Assembly: GCA_964001285.1 (NCBI GenBank)
Contig: CAXFAF010000007.1
Coordinates: forward strand, 8,255 to 72,254
Direction: 5' to 3'
DNA: 64,000 bases
Origin: an uncultured bacterium
GTDB taxonomy: Bacteria > Pseudomonadota > Alphaproteobacteria > MED-G09
This document shows, piece after piece, positions 8,308 through 18,020 of the stretch. The translations under genes were made by a program, and so were the position numbers. Under the pieces are notes generated by a model. That model was given only the letters and a program-made list of their open reading frames with translations. It searched no databases and was not told where the DNA came from. The stretch's first letter is position 1, and each line of letters opens with the position of its first letter.

Positions 8308-9693
8308 ATGAAATATATTTCTACAAGAGGAAAGGCTCCTGAATTAGGCTTTGAAAATGTTCTTTTGTCAGGTTTAGCTAGTGATGGAGGTTTGTATATC
8401 CCCAAGAATTGGCCTGCAATTAAATATCAGGACCTTCCAGATGGACCTTATTATGAGAAAGCGGCTTTTGTTATTCACCCTTTTGTAGAAGATTTTTTGG
8501 ATTATGAGCAACTTAAAATCCTTACAAAGAAAGCTTACATTAATTTCCCACAAGATGATGCAGCTCCTCTTAAAGAAATTGAAGAAGGAAATTTTCTTTT
8601 AGAGCTTTTTCACGGTCCTACTCATGCTTTCAAAGATTTTGCTATGTTGTTATTAGCTGAATTCTTTGAGGTTTCTCTTAAAAAAAGAAATCAAAAAATA
8701 ACTATTTTAGGCGCAACATCTGGCGATACTGGAAGTGCAGCTATTGAAGCTTTTAAAAATAGTGAATTTGCTAATGTATTTATTCTTTTTCCTAAGGGAA
8801 GAGTTTCTGAAAGACAGAGAAAACAAATGACAACGGTTACAAGTAGTAATGTTTACCCTATAGAAGTAAATGGGACTTTTGATGATTGTCAAAGCCTTGT
8901 TAAAAGTTTATTTGAAAATTTAGAATTTAAAAACAATACTAATCTTGCAGCTATTAATTCAATAAATTGGGCAAGGGTAGTTGCACAAATTGTGTATTAT
9001 TTTACTTCTTATCAAAAGCTTAATTCAAAGCAAATATCTTTTTCTGTTCCTACAGGAAACTTTGGTGACATTTTAGCTGGTTGGGTAGCAAAAAAAATGG
9101 GGCTTCCAGTTGATAAATTAATTGTAGCAACAAATGATAATGATATCTTACACAGAGCTATTGCAAGAGGTGATTACTTCCAAGAAGAAGTAAAGGCAAC
9201 AATTTCACCAAGTATGGATATTCAAATTTCTAGTAATTTTGAAAGGTTATTGTTTGAGGCTTTAAAAAGAGATTCAGAAGAACTTAATCGATTAATAGAT
9301 AAACTAAATGCTGAAAAGGGTTTCAAGATAAACTCCTCTTCTCTTGAATTTATAAGAAATGATTTTACATCTGGAAAGGCAACAGAAAAGGATATAAGCA
9401 AAACTATAAAGGAAATTTATGATAGTTCTGGAGTAGTTTTAGATCCACACACAGCGGTTGGTTTTTTTGCATCAAAAGATAAGATTGATAATAAAGTGCC
9501 AATGGTAAATTTAGGAACTGCTGATCCAGCTAAATTTCCCGATGCAGTGATAGATGCTATTGGTAAAGAACCAGAAATCCCTGAAAGTCTAAGTAATATT
9601 CTAAAGGCTGAAGAAACATTTTTTAAATTAGAAAAGAATGAGAACAACTTAATTGAATTTATTGAAGATAAGGTGAGCAATCGAAATGACTAA
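8308..9693 (+). CDS. thrC: threonine synthase
   Basis: MKYISTRG start typical of long-form ThrC. PLP-lysine region FHGPTHAFKDFA. 461 aa. Confidence 0.85.
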   Translation: MKYISTRGKAPELGFENVLLSGLASDGGLYIPKNWPAIKYQDLPDGPYYEKAAFVIHPFVEDFLDYEQLKILTKKAYINFPQDDAAPLKEIEEGNFLLELFHGPTHAFKDFAMLLLAEFFEVSLKKRNQKITILGATSGDTGSAAIEAFKNSEFANVFILFPKGRVSERQRKQMTTVTSSNVYPIEVNGTFDDCQSLVKSLFENLEFKNNTNLAAINSINWARVVAQIVYYFTSYQKLNSKQISFSVPTGNFGDILAGWVAKKMGLPVDKLIVATNDNDILHRAIARGDYFQEEVKATISPSMDIQISSNFERLLFEALKRDSEELNRLIDKLNAEKGFKINSSSLEFIRNDFTSGKATEKDISKTIKEIYDSSGVVLDPHTAVGFFASKDKIDNKVPMVNLGTADPAKFPDAVIDAIGKEPEIPESLSNILKAEETFFKLEKNENNLIEFIEDKVSNRND

Positions 9694-10876
9694 TAAAAAT
9701 ATAATATCATTTTTATTTTTTATTTTTTTGAGCAGTATCATTCGTGCCGAGATTATAACTTTTGATTCGCATATAGATATTCCTTTTGATTTTATGGAAA
9801 ACTCTAAACATGATCCTGGTGATAATTCAGATATGCAAGTTGATATTCCTAAAATGCAAAAGGGAGGTATGGATGCAGGCTTTTTTGTGGTTTATGTGCC
9901 TCAAGGACCATTAAATGAAGCCGGATTTAAAAATGCTAAAGAATTAGCTGAAAAAAAATTTAAAGCTATTGTAAATATGACTAGATCTTATTCTTCAAAA
10001 ATAACTTTAGCGTTAAGCCCAAAAGACATATATCGAGCAAAAGAAAATAATCTTCTTTCTGCGGCTATAGGCATTGAAAATGGTTATACTATAGGCGAAG
10101 ATATTTCCTTAATTGATTATTATTATTCTCTAGGTGCGCGTTATATGACTCTTGCTCATATAGGTCATAATCAAATATCTGATAGCTCAATCCCAAGTAA
10201 AAGATTAAATAATTCTGAAAAAATGCACAATGGTATTTCTTCTTTTGGAAGAAAAGTAATAAAAAGGATGAACAATATTGGAATGATGGTTGATATAAGC
10301 CACATTTCGGAAGAAGCTGCCTTTGAGGCAATTCAATTATCTCGCTCACCTGTTATCGCTTCTCATTCGTGCGCAAAATCTATTGCAGATCATCCTAGAA
10401 ATCTTTCTGATGATTTAATTTTAGCCTTAGCAAGTAAAGGTGGCGTTATTCAAGTTGTGGCTTTTCCAAATTATGTGAAAGTTGATAACAGTAGATTTTT
10501 TGCAATTATGGAGCTGGGTAAGGAAGTTGCAAAGATCTATGGTGATAGGAATTTTATACCTTCAATGCATGCTATAAAAGATGAATACACTGAAGGCATG
10601 AAAGAAATAAATAAAAGATACCCCTTACCTTCAGTCGATGATTTGATTGATCATATTGATTATATAGTGGAGCTAGTTGGCATTGATTATGTAGGTATTT
10701 CGTCAGATTTTGGAGGAGGCGGAATATTAGAAGGATGGATCGATGCTTCTCAAACAAACTTTGTTACAGAAAGGTTGCGTAAAAGAGGATATTCAGAAAA
10801 TGATATAAAGAAAATATGGGGAGAAAATATTCTTAGAGTTTGGCGTGAGGTTGAAGATATTTCAAACTTAAATTAA
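9686..10876 (+). CDS. membrane dipeptidase (peptidase family M19) with signal peptide
   Basis: N-terminal signal sequence. M19 core motifs (HxD region FDSHIDIPFD, HSCAKSIADHPRNLSDD, ISSDFGGGG). Overlaps the thrC stop by 8 nt. Confidence 0.8.
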   Translation: MTNKNIISFLFFIFLSSIIRAEIITFDSHIDIPFDFMENSKHDPGDNSDMQVDIPKMQKGGMDAGFFVVYVPQGPLNEAGFKNAKELAEKKFKAIVNMTRSYSSKITLALSPKDIYRAKENNLLSAAIGIENGYTIGEDISLIDYYYSLGARYMTLAHIGHNQISDSSIPSKRLNNSEKMHNGISSFGRKVIKRMNNIGMMVDISHISEEAAFEAIQLSRSPVIASHSCAKSIADHPRNLSDDLILALASKGGVIQVVAFPNYVKVDNSRFFAIMELGKEVAKIYGDRNFIPSMHAIKDEYTEGMKEINKRYPLPSVDDLIDHIDYIVELVGIDYVGISSDFGGGGILEGWIDASQTNFVTERLRKRGYSENDIKKIWGENILRVWREVEDISNLN

Positions 10877-11436
10877 GCCAATCCACTTTTATTAGAAAGA
10901 AAGCTTAAATTAAGACCCATTTCATTAATTAATTTTTCCCACATTAAGTCATATTTCTTACTAAAAATTATATCTTTATGACTGTTACAAATTAACCAGT
11001 CATTTGATTTTATTTCATTATCTAATTGGCCTGAAGTCCATCCGCAGTAGCCTAAATACAAATTAGCTTCCAAAGGTGCTTCTTTTTCGTATAAAACTGC
11101 AAGAGACTCTTTAGTGGTGTTAACGGCACAATTAATTCCTTCTATCTCAGTACTGCCTTTTAACTCTAAATCAGCATTGTGAATTATGAATCCTTTATCC
11201 ATTTCAACAGGTCCACCATTTAGTACCGGAATATCGTTTTTATTTTCGTTTTTTTCAATGCCCATATTATTAAAAACTTCATTGATATTCATTTCATATG
11301 GTTTATTGATTAAAATGCCTGTAGCGCCTTCTTTGGAATATGAAGTTAGCAGAATAACTGACTTTTCAAACCTAGGATCTGGCATGGATGGCATAGCTAT
11401 TAAAAAACTTCCAGTAAGTGATTCAGTTTTATTCAT
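10873..11436 (-). CDS. YqgE/AlgH-family protein (UPF0301)
   Basis: 187 aa with a family-typical N-terminus LTGSFLIAMPSMPDPRFEKSVILL and a conserved GGPV core. Confidence 0.7.
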   Translation of the reverse strand: MNKTESLTGSFLIAMPSMPDPRFEKSVILLTSYSKEGATGILINKPYEMNINEVFNNMGIEKNENKNDIPVLNGGPVEMDKGFIIHNADLELKGSTEIEGINCAVNTTKESLAVLYEKEAPLEANLYLGYCGWTSGQLDNEIKSNDWLICNSHKDIIFSKKYDLMWEKLINEMGLNLSFLSNKSGLA

Positions 11437-11539
11437 TTTTAATACAAAAATTAGTGACTAATTAATACTATACTCTGTATACTATATTAACTGTTATACA
11501 GCAGTTTAAAAATATTTACTTTATAATTAGGAGATAATT

Positions 11540-12025
11540 ATGGCTATACAAGAAGGCGACTCTATACCTGAGGCAACACTTCATCACTTGACAGAATCTG
11601 GACCAACACCAATTTCAACAAATGAATTATTTGGAGGAAAAAAATCTATTCTTTTTGCTGTACCAGGAGCATTCACTCCCGGTTGTTCTATGCATCATTT
11701 ACCTGGTTTCGTAAATAATTCCCAAGCTATTTTAGATAAAGGCATTGATCAAATAATCTGTTTATCAGTTAATGATCCTTTTGTTATGGCTGCCTGGGGT
11801 GATGATAAAGATGTGGGCGATAAAATGTTAATGGTTGGTGATGGAAATGGTGAGTTTACTGAAGCTTTAGGTTTAACTATGGATGGATCTGGATTTGGGC
11901 TAGGAAAGAGATCTTTAAGGTATTCAATGATTATAGAAGATAACTCTTTAATTAAATTAAACCTAGAAGAGAATCCTGGTGAGGTTTCAGCTTCAAGTGC
12001 GGAAACAATATTAGATCAATTATAA
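11540..12025 (+). CDS. peroxiredoxin, Prx5-like
   Basis: Peroxidatic Cys motif PGAFTPGCS. 161 aa. Prx5-type thioredoxin fold. Confidence 0.8.
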   Translation: MAIQEGDSIPEATLHHLTESGPTPISTNELFGGKKSILFAVPGAFTPGCSMHHLPGFVNNSQAILDKGIDQIICLSVNDPFVMAAWGDDKDVGDKMLMVGDGNGEFTEALGLTMDGSGFGLGKRSLRYSMIIEDNSLIKLNLEENPGEVSASSAETILDQL

Positions 12026-12454
12026 TTTTTCTAATGCTGAGCGAGCAAGATAATCAGCTTGCTCGTTTCCTTCATTACCTGCATGTCCTTTAACCCAAAC
12101 CCAAGAAATATTTTTTTCATTGATTGCATCATCGAGACGAATCCATAAATCTTTATTTTTTACACTTTTCTTATTTGAGGTCTTCCAGTTATTTTTTTTC
12201 CAATTATCAATCCATTTGGTAATGCCGTCTTTTACATAATTGGAATCAGTATAAAGAATTATATCATCTTCTTTATTTACATTTTCAAGAGCCTTAATTG
12301 CAGCCATTAATTCCATTCGATTATTAGTTGTTTCCTTTTCTCCCCCTGAAAGTTCTAATCTCTTTTCTTCTGTTTGTATTAATACGCCCCAACCACCAGG
12401 TCCAGGATTTCCTGAGCACGCTCCATCGGTATAGATTTCAATTTTTTTTCTCAT
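12020..12454 (-). CDS. rnhA: ribonuclease HI
   Basis: [17 protein letters not shown] RNase H signature with catalytic D/E/D residues. 144 aa. Confidence 0.9.
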   Translation of the reverse strand: MRKKIEIYTDGACSGNPGPGGWGVLIQTEEKRLELSGGEKETTNNRMELMAAIKALENVNKEDDIILYTDSNYVKDGITKWIDNWKKNNWKTSNKKSVKNKDLWIRLDDAINEKNISWVWVKGHAGNEGNEQADYLARSALEKL

Positions 12455-13411
12455 TTAGACCCCATACTCTTCTGGTTTTCTGATATTTTTATGAAAATTA
12501 AGAATTTTCATAAAATCTATCGGATTCTTAGGGGTTACGACAACATCCCCTTCATTTTTTTTCCAATCATTAAGCCTTGTTAATAGAAATCTAAGGGCAG
12601 AACCAGAACATAATATTGGTAGATTACTAATTTCTTCTTCTTCGAGCCTCCTTATGGATTGATAACCTGAGATTAAGTTTTTTGATAATTTAATGTCAAA
12701 TCCGTCATCTCTAAAACACCATGCATTAATGCAAATGCTCAAATCGTAAGATAGAAAATCATTACATGAAAAAGAAAAATCTATAACTCCCGATATCTTG
12801 TCTTCTTTAAACAAAATATTATCCGGAAAAAGATCAGCATGAATTATTCCTTTGGGAATATCATTAGGCCAATTATTTTTAATTCTCTCATATTCCTTAA
12901 TTACTTCTTTTTCTAGATCTATAGAAAATTCTTGAGCATTTTGATAACAATTAGAAATTAAATTTTCGAAGCTGTTAATATCCAAAGGATTATCTCTTTT
13001 GATATTTAAATTTGAACTCATCAGGTGAATCTTAGCTAAAACAGACCCCAATTCGAAAGCTTGTTCTGGGGTTACATTATTAGTTGATGTACCTTCTAAA
13101 AAAGTTAAAATTGATGAAGGTTTGCCATTTAATTCTGAAAAAAGACTATTATCTTTGTTTTTTAAAGGAAGAGGGCAATTGATTTTATTTGAAGACAGAT
13201 GGAACATATATTCCAAGAAAAATGGGATATCTTTTTTTTCAACTCTATTTTCATAAAGAGTCAAAATGTAAGGACCAGTATCAGTGATTATTTTATAATT
13301 TGTATTTTCAACGCCTTCTGAGATACCTTGAAATTCAACTAATTTACCTATTTGATAATCTTTTAAGAAGATATCTAATTCTTCTTCGGATACATGTGTA
13401 TAAACCGCCAT
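12455..13411 (-). CDS. thrB: homoserine kinase, APH-like type II (non-orthologous ThrB)
   Basis: N-terminus MAVYTHVSEEELDIFLKDYQIGKLVEFQGISEGVENTNY resembles Pseudomonas-type ThrB. APH catalytic motif IIHADLFPDNILF. Conserved alphaproteobacterial position between ispH and rnhA. Confidence 0.7.
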   Translation of the reverse strand: MAVYTHVSEEELDIFLKDYQIGKLVEFQGISEGVENTNYKIITDTGPYILTLYENRVEKKDIPFFLEYMFHLSSNKINCPLPLKNKDNSLFSELNGKPSSILTFLEGTSTNNVTPEQAFELGSVLAKIHLMSSNLNIKRDNPLDINSFENLISNCYQNAQEFSIDLEKEVIKEYERIKNNWPNDIPKGIIHADLFPDNILFKEDKISGVIDFSFSCNDFLSYDLSICINAWCFRDDGFDIKLSKNLISGYQSIRRLEEEEISNLPILCSGSALRFLLTRLNDWKKNEGDVVVTPKNPIDFMKILNFHKNIRKPEEYGV

Positions 13412-14362
13412 TTAACGCTCATTTAATATTTTGGGTATTTTAAAAGTTATATTTTCATTGGCAACAGAGATATTTTTAATTTTTACTTCATAGGTTGTTT
13501 TTAATTTTGTTATAAATTCCTTTACCAGAATATCTGGAGCACTTGCACTAGCTGTAAGTCCAATATTATCATTTTCTTTTATCTCTTCCCAATCAACTTG
13601 TGAGATACTTGATATTAAAGAAGTATTTTTACAACCTGATTTTTTTCCCACTTCAACAAGCCTTAGGGAATTAGAAGAATTCTCTGCTCCTATTACATAT
13701 ATGACATCACACTTACTAGCTATCGACTTTATAGCTAGTTGTCGATTAGTTGTTGCGTAACATATATCCTCTTTCGGGGGTTCTATAATTTTGGGAAAAA
13801 CCTTCTTAAGTTCATTAATTATATCTTTTGTGTCATCAACGGATAAGGTTGTTTGGGTAATTAGTGCAACTTTTCCATAATCCGTTGAATTAATTCTTTT
13901 TATATCTTCTTTTTCTTGAATAAGGGTTATAAATTTTTTTGGGATTTGACCCATTGTTCCTATGACTTCTGGATGACCTTTATGCCCTATTAAAAAAATA
14001 TGAGCACCTTGATCGTAAAGTTTTTTAGCTTCATTATGAACTTTAATAACTAGAGGGCAAGTTGCATCTATATAAGGCATTTTTCTTTTTTTAGCGTCCT
14101 CTAATACCTCAGATGGTATCCCGTGAGCTGAAAATATTATATGAGCCCCTTCTGGCGCTTCTTCAAGTTCTTCAATAAATATGACACCTTTTGCCTCCAG
14201 GTCTTTAATAACCCAAGGGTTGTGAACTATCTCATGTCTTACATAAATGGGAGGACCATATTTTTTTAAGGATAATTCAACAATATTGATAGCTCTATCA
14301 ACTCCAGCACAGAAGCCTCTAGGATTGGGTAAATATAGAATTTTTTTTAATTTTGTATTCAT
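13412..14362 (-). CDS. ispH: 4-hydroxy-3-methylbut-2-enyl diphosphate reductase
   Basis: LYLPNPRGFCAGVDRAI N-terminal signature with the first Fe-S Cys. Conserved Cys/His in the remaining repeats. 316 aa. Confidence 0.9.
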   Translation of the reverse strand: MNTKLKKILYLPNPRGFCAGVDRAINIVELSLKKYGPPIYVRHEIVHNPWVIKDLEAKGVIFIEELEEAPEGAHIIFSAHGIPSEVLEDAKKRKMPYIDATCPLVIKVHNEAKKLYDQGAHIFLIGHKGHPEVIGTMGQIPKKFITLIQEKEDIKRINSTDYGKVALITQTTLSVDDTKDIINELKKVFPKIIEPPKEDICYATTNRQLAIKSIASKCDVIYVIGAENSSNSLRLVEVGKKSGCKNTSLISSISQVDWEEIKENDNIGLTASASAPDILVKEFITKLKTTYEVKIKNISVANENITFKIPKILNER

Positions 14363-14417
14363 TTTATGTCTGATTTAACTAATATAACAATATTATACAA
14401 ATTTATTTATTCTTTTT

Positions 14418-14900
14418 ATGAGTTATAGTTCTTTTTGGAAACTAAATATGTTCAAATACTTTTTTATTTTTTTAACCGTTTTTGTGATTGTCAGTTGTTC
14501 TAATTCTTCCGATTTTGACCCTGGGCCTTGCCCAAGAGCTGCAATCTTAAAAGGAAGTGAAAGTAAAGATCTAAAAAATTTCAATCTTAGCGTTGAATTA
14601 AATAGAACAGTAATGATATGTGAATATAATCTTAGAAGAAATAACATTAATTTTGATGTAGGTATTTTTGGTGATGTTATTAATTTAGATTCTTCATCTC
14701 AGCAAAGTATTACTTTTAATATCTTCATAGCCTTTGTTGGGCCGGAAGATTCTGTCATAAATAAATGGTCAAAAAAGGTCTCAGTTAAAGTTAAAAATAA
14801 AACAATAAGTACCTTTTCAGTGCCAATTGAGGGGTTAAGATCTAATGTGGAAGAAGGCCGTACAGGTTCTTCTTACAAAGTCCTTGTAGGCTTAGAATAA
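14418..14900 (+). CDS. hypothetical lipoprotein
   Basis: Signal peptide ending in the lipobox IVSC. 160 aa. No family assignment. Confidence 0.5.
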   Translation: MSYSSFWKLNMFKYFFIFLTVFVIVSCSNSSDFDPGPCPRAAILKGSESKDLKNFNLSVELNRTVMICEYNLRRNNINFDVGIFGDVINLDSSSQQSITFNIFIAFVGPEDSVINKWSKKVSVKVKNKTISTFSVPIEGLRSNVEEGRTGSSYKVLVGLE

Positions 14901-14940
14901 CTGAATTGACAAAAAGATATATGTGTTTAATTATTGATAC

Positions 14941-14965
14941 AGAATCTTTTTGATTCTATTTATTT
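14941..14965 (+). terminator. possible weak intrinsic terminator after the lipoprotein gene
   Basis: Inverted repeat AGAATC-TTTTT-GATTCT followed by the T-rich ATTTATTT. The stem is only 6 bp and AT-rich. Confidence 0.2.
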
Positions 14966-15127
14966 GCGGGAGAGACTTTACTAGCGCCGAAGGAGCAACC
15001 GCCCTCGGAAACTCTCAGGCAAAAGGACCGCAAATAATTTAAAACTCTGGAAAGTAAGTTAAATACTTCTCCGACGGGGTAAGCAACATCGAGTTGTCAA
15101 ATCTCTCAGGGTCCAATGACAGAGGAG
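14962..15127 (+). promoter_or_regulatory. tandem glycine riboswitch (two aptamers) in the gcvT leader
   Basis: Aptamer 1: GGGAGAG ... CGCCGAAGGAGCAA ... CTCTCAGGCAAAAGGACCG, with P1 TTTGCGG/CCGCAAA. Aptamer 2: CTCTGGAAAG ... CCGACGGGGTAAGCAAC ... CTCTCAGGGTCCAATGACAGAGG. Both match the conserved glycine-aptamer cores. GAGGA RBS and the gcvT ATG lie immediately downstream. Confidence 0.7.
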
Positions 15128-15164
15128 GGCAGTTGGAAACAACTTATTCTGTCATGAGGATTGT

Positions 15165-16301
15165 ATGTCTGAAGCTTATTGGGGTTTAGAACAAGATCTA
15201 AAAAAGACTCCGCTATTTGATATCCATAATAACTATAGAGGTAAACTTGTACCGTTTGCTGGTTACTGTTTGCCGATACAATATGAGAATGGCATCATTG
15301 CGGAGCATAATCATACAAGAAAAAATGTAAGTCTTTTTGATGTTTCCCATATGGGTCAAATTAAGATTACTGGATCTATGATTTATGATGCCTTAGAAAG
15401 AATCTTACCAATTTCTTTTTCTGAAATGTTCCCAGGTCAAATTAAATATACGCAACTATTAAATGAAGATGGAAAAATCATCGACGATTTAATGGTTTAT
15501 AAATCTATAAATGAAGATTATGTGTGGTTAGTAGTGAATGCAGATTGTAAAGAAAAAGATGTTAGTCACATAAGGGCAAACTTAAATAGGAATTATAAAA
15601 TAGAACTTATTCAGGATAGAGCTCTAGTTGCATTACAAGGCCCAAAGGCCTCAGATATTTTAAGTCACTATTTTTCAAATATTAGAGATATTCCTTTTAT
15701 GTCAGGTGATTGGTTTGCCTATAATAATGAGCAATTCTTTATTTCCAGGTGCGGATATACTGGTGAGGACGGATATGAATTATCTATAAAAGATGGATAT
15801 TCTGAAACTTTTGTTAAAGAAATATTGAAAAATAAGGAAGTAAGACTTGCGGGATTAGGGGCTAGGAATTCTTTAAGGATGGAGGCTGGTCTTTGCCTAT
15901 ACGGAAACGATATAAGTCTAGATATATCTCCGGTAGAAGCGGGCATAGATTGGTCCATTTCTAAAAACAGAATAAAAAATAGTGATTTTATAGGTCATGA
16001 ATCTATTAAGAATGATTTAAATCTAGGTGTAGAAAAAAGACTAGTTGGATTAAAACCATTAGGAAAACTCCCTGCAAGGGAAGGAACACTCATATTTGAT
16101 TTAAACAAGAATCAAATTGGAAAAATAACAAGTGGCGGCTACTCACCAACCCTTAAAGAACCAATTGCAATGGGGTATATCTCTGAAAATAAAATAAAAG
16201 AAGGCGAAGAGGTTTTGTTAAATGTTAGAGAAAATTGGATACCTGCAAAAATAACAACTCTACCTTTTGTTAAGCATAATTATTATAGAGGGAAGAAATA
16301 A
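15165..16301 (+). CDS. gcvT: glycine cleavage system aminomethyltransferase T
   Basis: 378 aa. Typical GcvT. Heads the gcvTHP operon behind the glycine riboswitch. Confidence 0.9.
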   Translation: MSEAYWGLEQDLKKTPLFDIHNNYRGKLVPFAGYCLPIQYENGIIAEHNHTRKNVSLFDVSHMGQIKITGSMIYDALERILPISFSEMFPGQIKYTQLLNEDGKIIDDLMVYKSINEDYVWLVVNADCKEKDVSHIRANLNRNYKIELIQDRALVALQGPKASDILSHYFSNIRDIPFMSGDWFAYNNEQFFISRCGYTGEDGYELSIKDGYSETFVKEILKNKEVRLAGLGARNSLRMEAGLCLYGNDISLDISPVEAGIDWSISKNRIKNSDFIGHESIKNDLNLGVEKRLVGLKPLGKLPAREGTLIFDLNKNQIGKITSGGYSPTLKEPIAMGYISENKIKEGEEVLLNVRENWIPAKITTLPFVKHNYYRGKK

Positions 16302-16673
16302 ATGTCACAAATCTATTATACACAGGAACACGAGTGGTTAAATGTTGAGGGTAATTTAGGAACAGTAGGTATTACAACATATGCAAGCGAACAATTGGGC
16401 GATATTGTTTTTGTTGAGCTTCCTGAAAAGGGAAAAAATGCTGAAAAAGGTAAAGATATTGCAGTTGTTGAATCTGTAAAAGCCGCAAGTGAAGTTTATT
16501 CCCCTGTTTCAGGTATAATTGTTAAAACTAATGAAGATCTAAATTCTTCTCCAGAGATTGTTAATGAAGACCCGTTAGGAAGAGGCTGGTTTTTTCAAAT
16601 AGAAATATCTAACAGAGAAGAGCTTTCAAACTTAATGACCGAAGAAGAATATTTGAAACATATAGGTGAATAA
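16302..16673 (+). CDS. gcvH: glycine cleavage system H protein (lipoyl carrier)
   Basis: 123 aa. Lipoyl-lysine motif ESVKAASEV. The ATG abuts the gcvT stop. Confidence 0.9.
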   Translation: MSQIYYTQEHEWLNVEGNLGTVGITTYASEQLGDIVFVELPEKGKNAEKGKDIAVVESVKAASEVYSPVSGIIVKTNEDLNSSPEIVNEDPLGRGWFFQIEISNREELSNLMTEEEYLKHIGE

Positions 16674-18020
16674 ATGCGTTACTTACCCTTAACTAAAGAT
16701 GACCGAATGGAAATGTTAGATGTTATTGGCATCAAAAAAATAGACGATTTGTTCGAAGAGATATCTCATAAGGTTGATATTAATCCGGAATTAAAATTAC
16801 CAAATCATATGACGGAACTTGAGGTTGAAAGGCATATGTCAAAGCTCGCAAATAAAAATATGCATGCTGATAATAACCCATTTTTTATTGGCGGTGGTTC
16901 ATATAAACACCATATACCAGCAAGTGTTGACCATATAATACAAAGATCAGAATTTTTAACTTCATACACACCTTATCAACCTGAAATATCTCAAGGCACT
17001 TTACAATATTTATATGAATTTCAAACGCAAGTATCCCTATTAACTGGGATGGATTTGTCCAATGCTTCTATGTATGATGGCTCGACTTCAGCTGCAGAAG
17101 CTGTTTCAATGGCAAAAAGAATCACTAAAAAAGATAAGGTTGTTTTATCAAATAGCATTCATCCTCATTATGCTAGTGTAATTAAAACAGTTTCAGGAAT
17201 TAATGAAGAAAATTTAAGTTACTGTGCGGGCGTTACTGATCACTTAGAAGAATTAGAAAATAAGATTGACGAAAACACTGCTTGCGTAGTTGTTCAAAAC
17301 CCTGATTTTTTTGGTTCATGTTATGATTTAACTAAACTAGCAACAATTGTTCATGATAAAGGGGCATTACTAATTGTTGTGGTTACCGAAGTTCTTTCTT
17401 TAGGTTTAATGAAATCTCCAGGCGATATGGGTGCAGATATAGTAGCTTGTGAAGGACAATCGCTGGGCAATCCAATGAATTTTGGCGGACCTTATGTGGG
17501 TTTGTTATCTACAAAAAAAGATTTCCTAAGACAACTTCCAGGCAGGATTGTGGGAGAATCGGAAGATGTAGATGGAAGGAAGGGCTTTGTTCTTACATTA
17601 TCTGCAAGAGAGCAACATATAAGAAGAGAGAAAGCTACATCGAATATTTGTACTAATTCTGGCCTTTGTAGCCTTGCTTTTACTATTCATTTAACTTTAC
17701 TAGGTGAAATAGGCTTTAAAAATTTGGCTCACTTAAATCATCAATCCGCTTTAAATTTAAGAAGTATGCTTTCTAAAATACCTGGGGTTGAGGCTATAAA
17801 TAATAGCTTCTTTAACGAATTCACCATGAAATTACCTATTAAATCTAATGAATTTGTAGAGTTAATGTCTCAAAAAGGAATTTTAGCTGGTATACCGGCC
17901 ATAAGATTATTACCAGAAAAACAAGAATTGGAAAATCATCTTATTATAACTTCGACAGAAACGAATACTCAAGAAGATTTAGATATCTACTTTAATCAAG
18001 CAAAAGAGATTTTAATATGA
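16674..18020 (+). CDS. gcvPA: glycine dehydrogenase (decarboxylating) subunit 1
   Basis: 448 aa, N-terminal half of split P-protein. Follows gcvH with no gap. Confidence 0.9.
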   Translation: MRYLPLTKDDRMEMLDVIGIKKIDDLFEEISHKVDINPELKLPNHMTELEVERHMSKLANKNMHADNNPFFIGGGSYKHHIPASVDHIIQRSEFLTSYTPYQPEISQGTLQYLYEFQTQVSLLTGMDLSNASMYDGSTSAAEAVSMAKRITKKDKVVLSNSIHPHYASVIKTVSGINEENLSYCAGVTDHLEELENKIDENTACVVVQNPDFFGSCYDLTKLATIVHDKGALLIVVVTEVLSLGLMKSPGDMGADIVACEGQSLGNPMNFGGPYVGLLSTKKDFLRQLPGRIVGESEDVDGRKGFVLTLSAREQHIRREKATSNICTNSGLCSLAFTIHLTLLGEIGFKNLAHLNHQSALNLRSMLSKIPGVEAINNSFFNEFTMKLPIKSNEFVELMSQKGILAGIPAIRLLPEKQELENHLIITSTETNTQEDLDIYFNQAKEILI

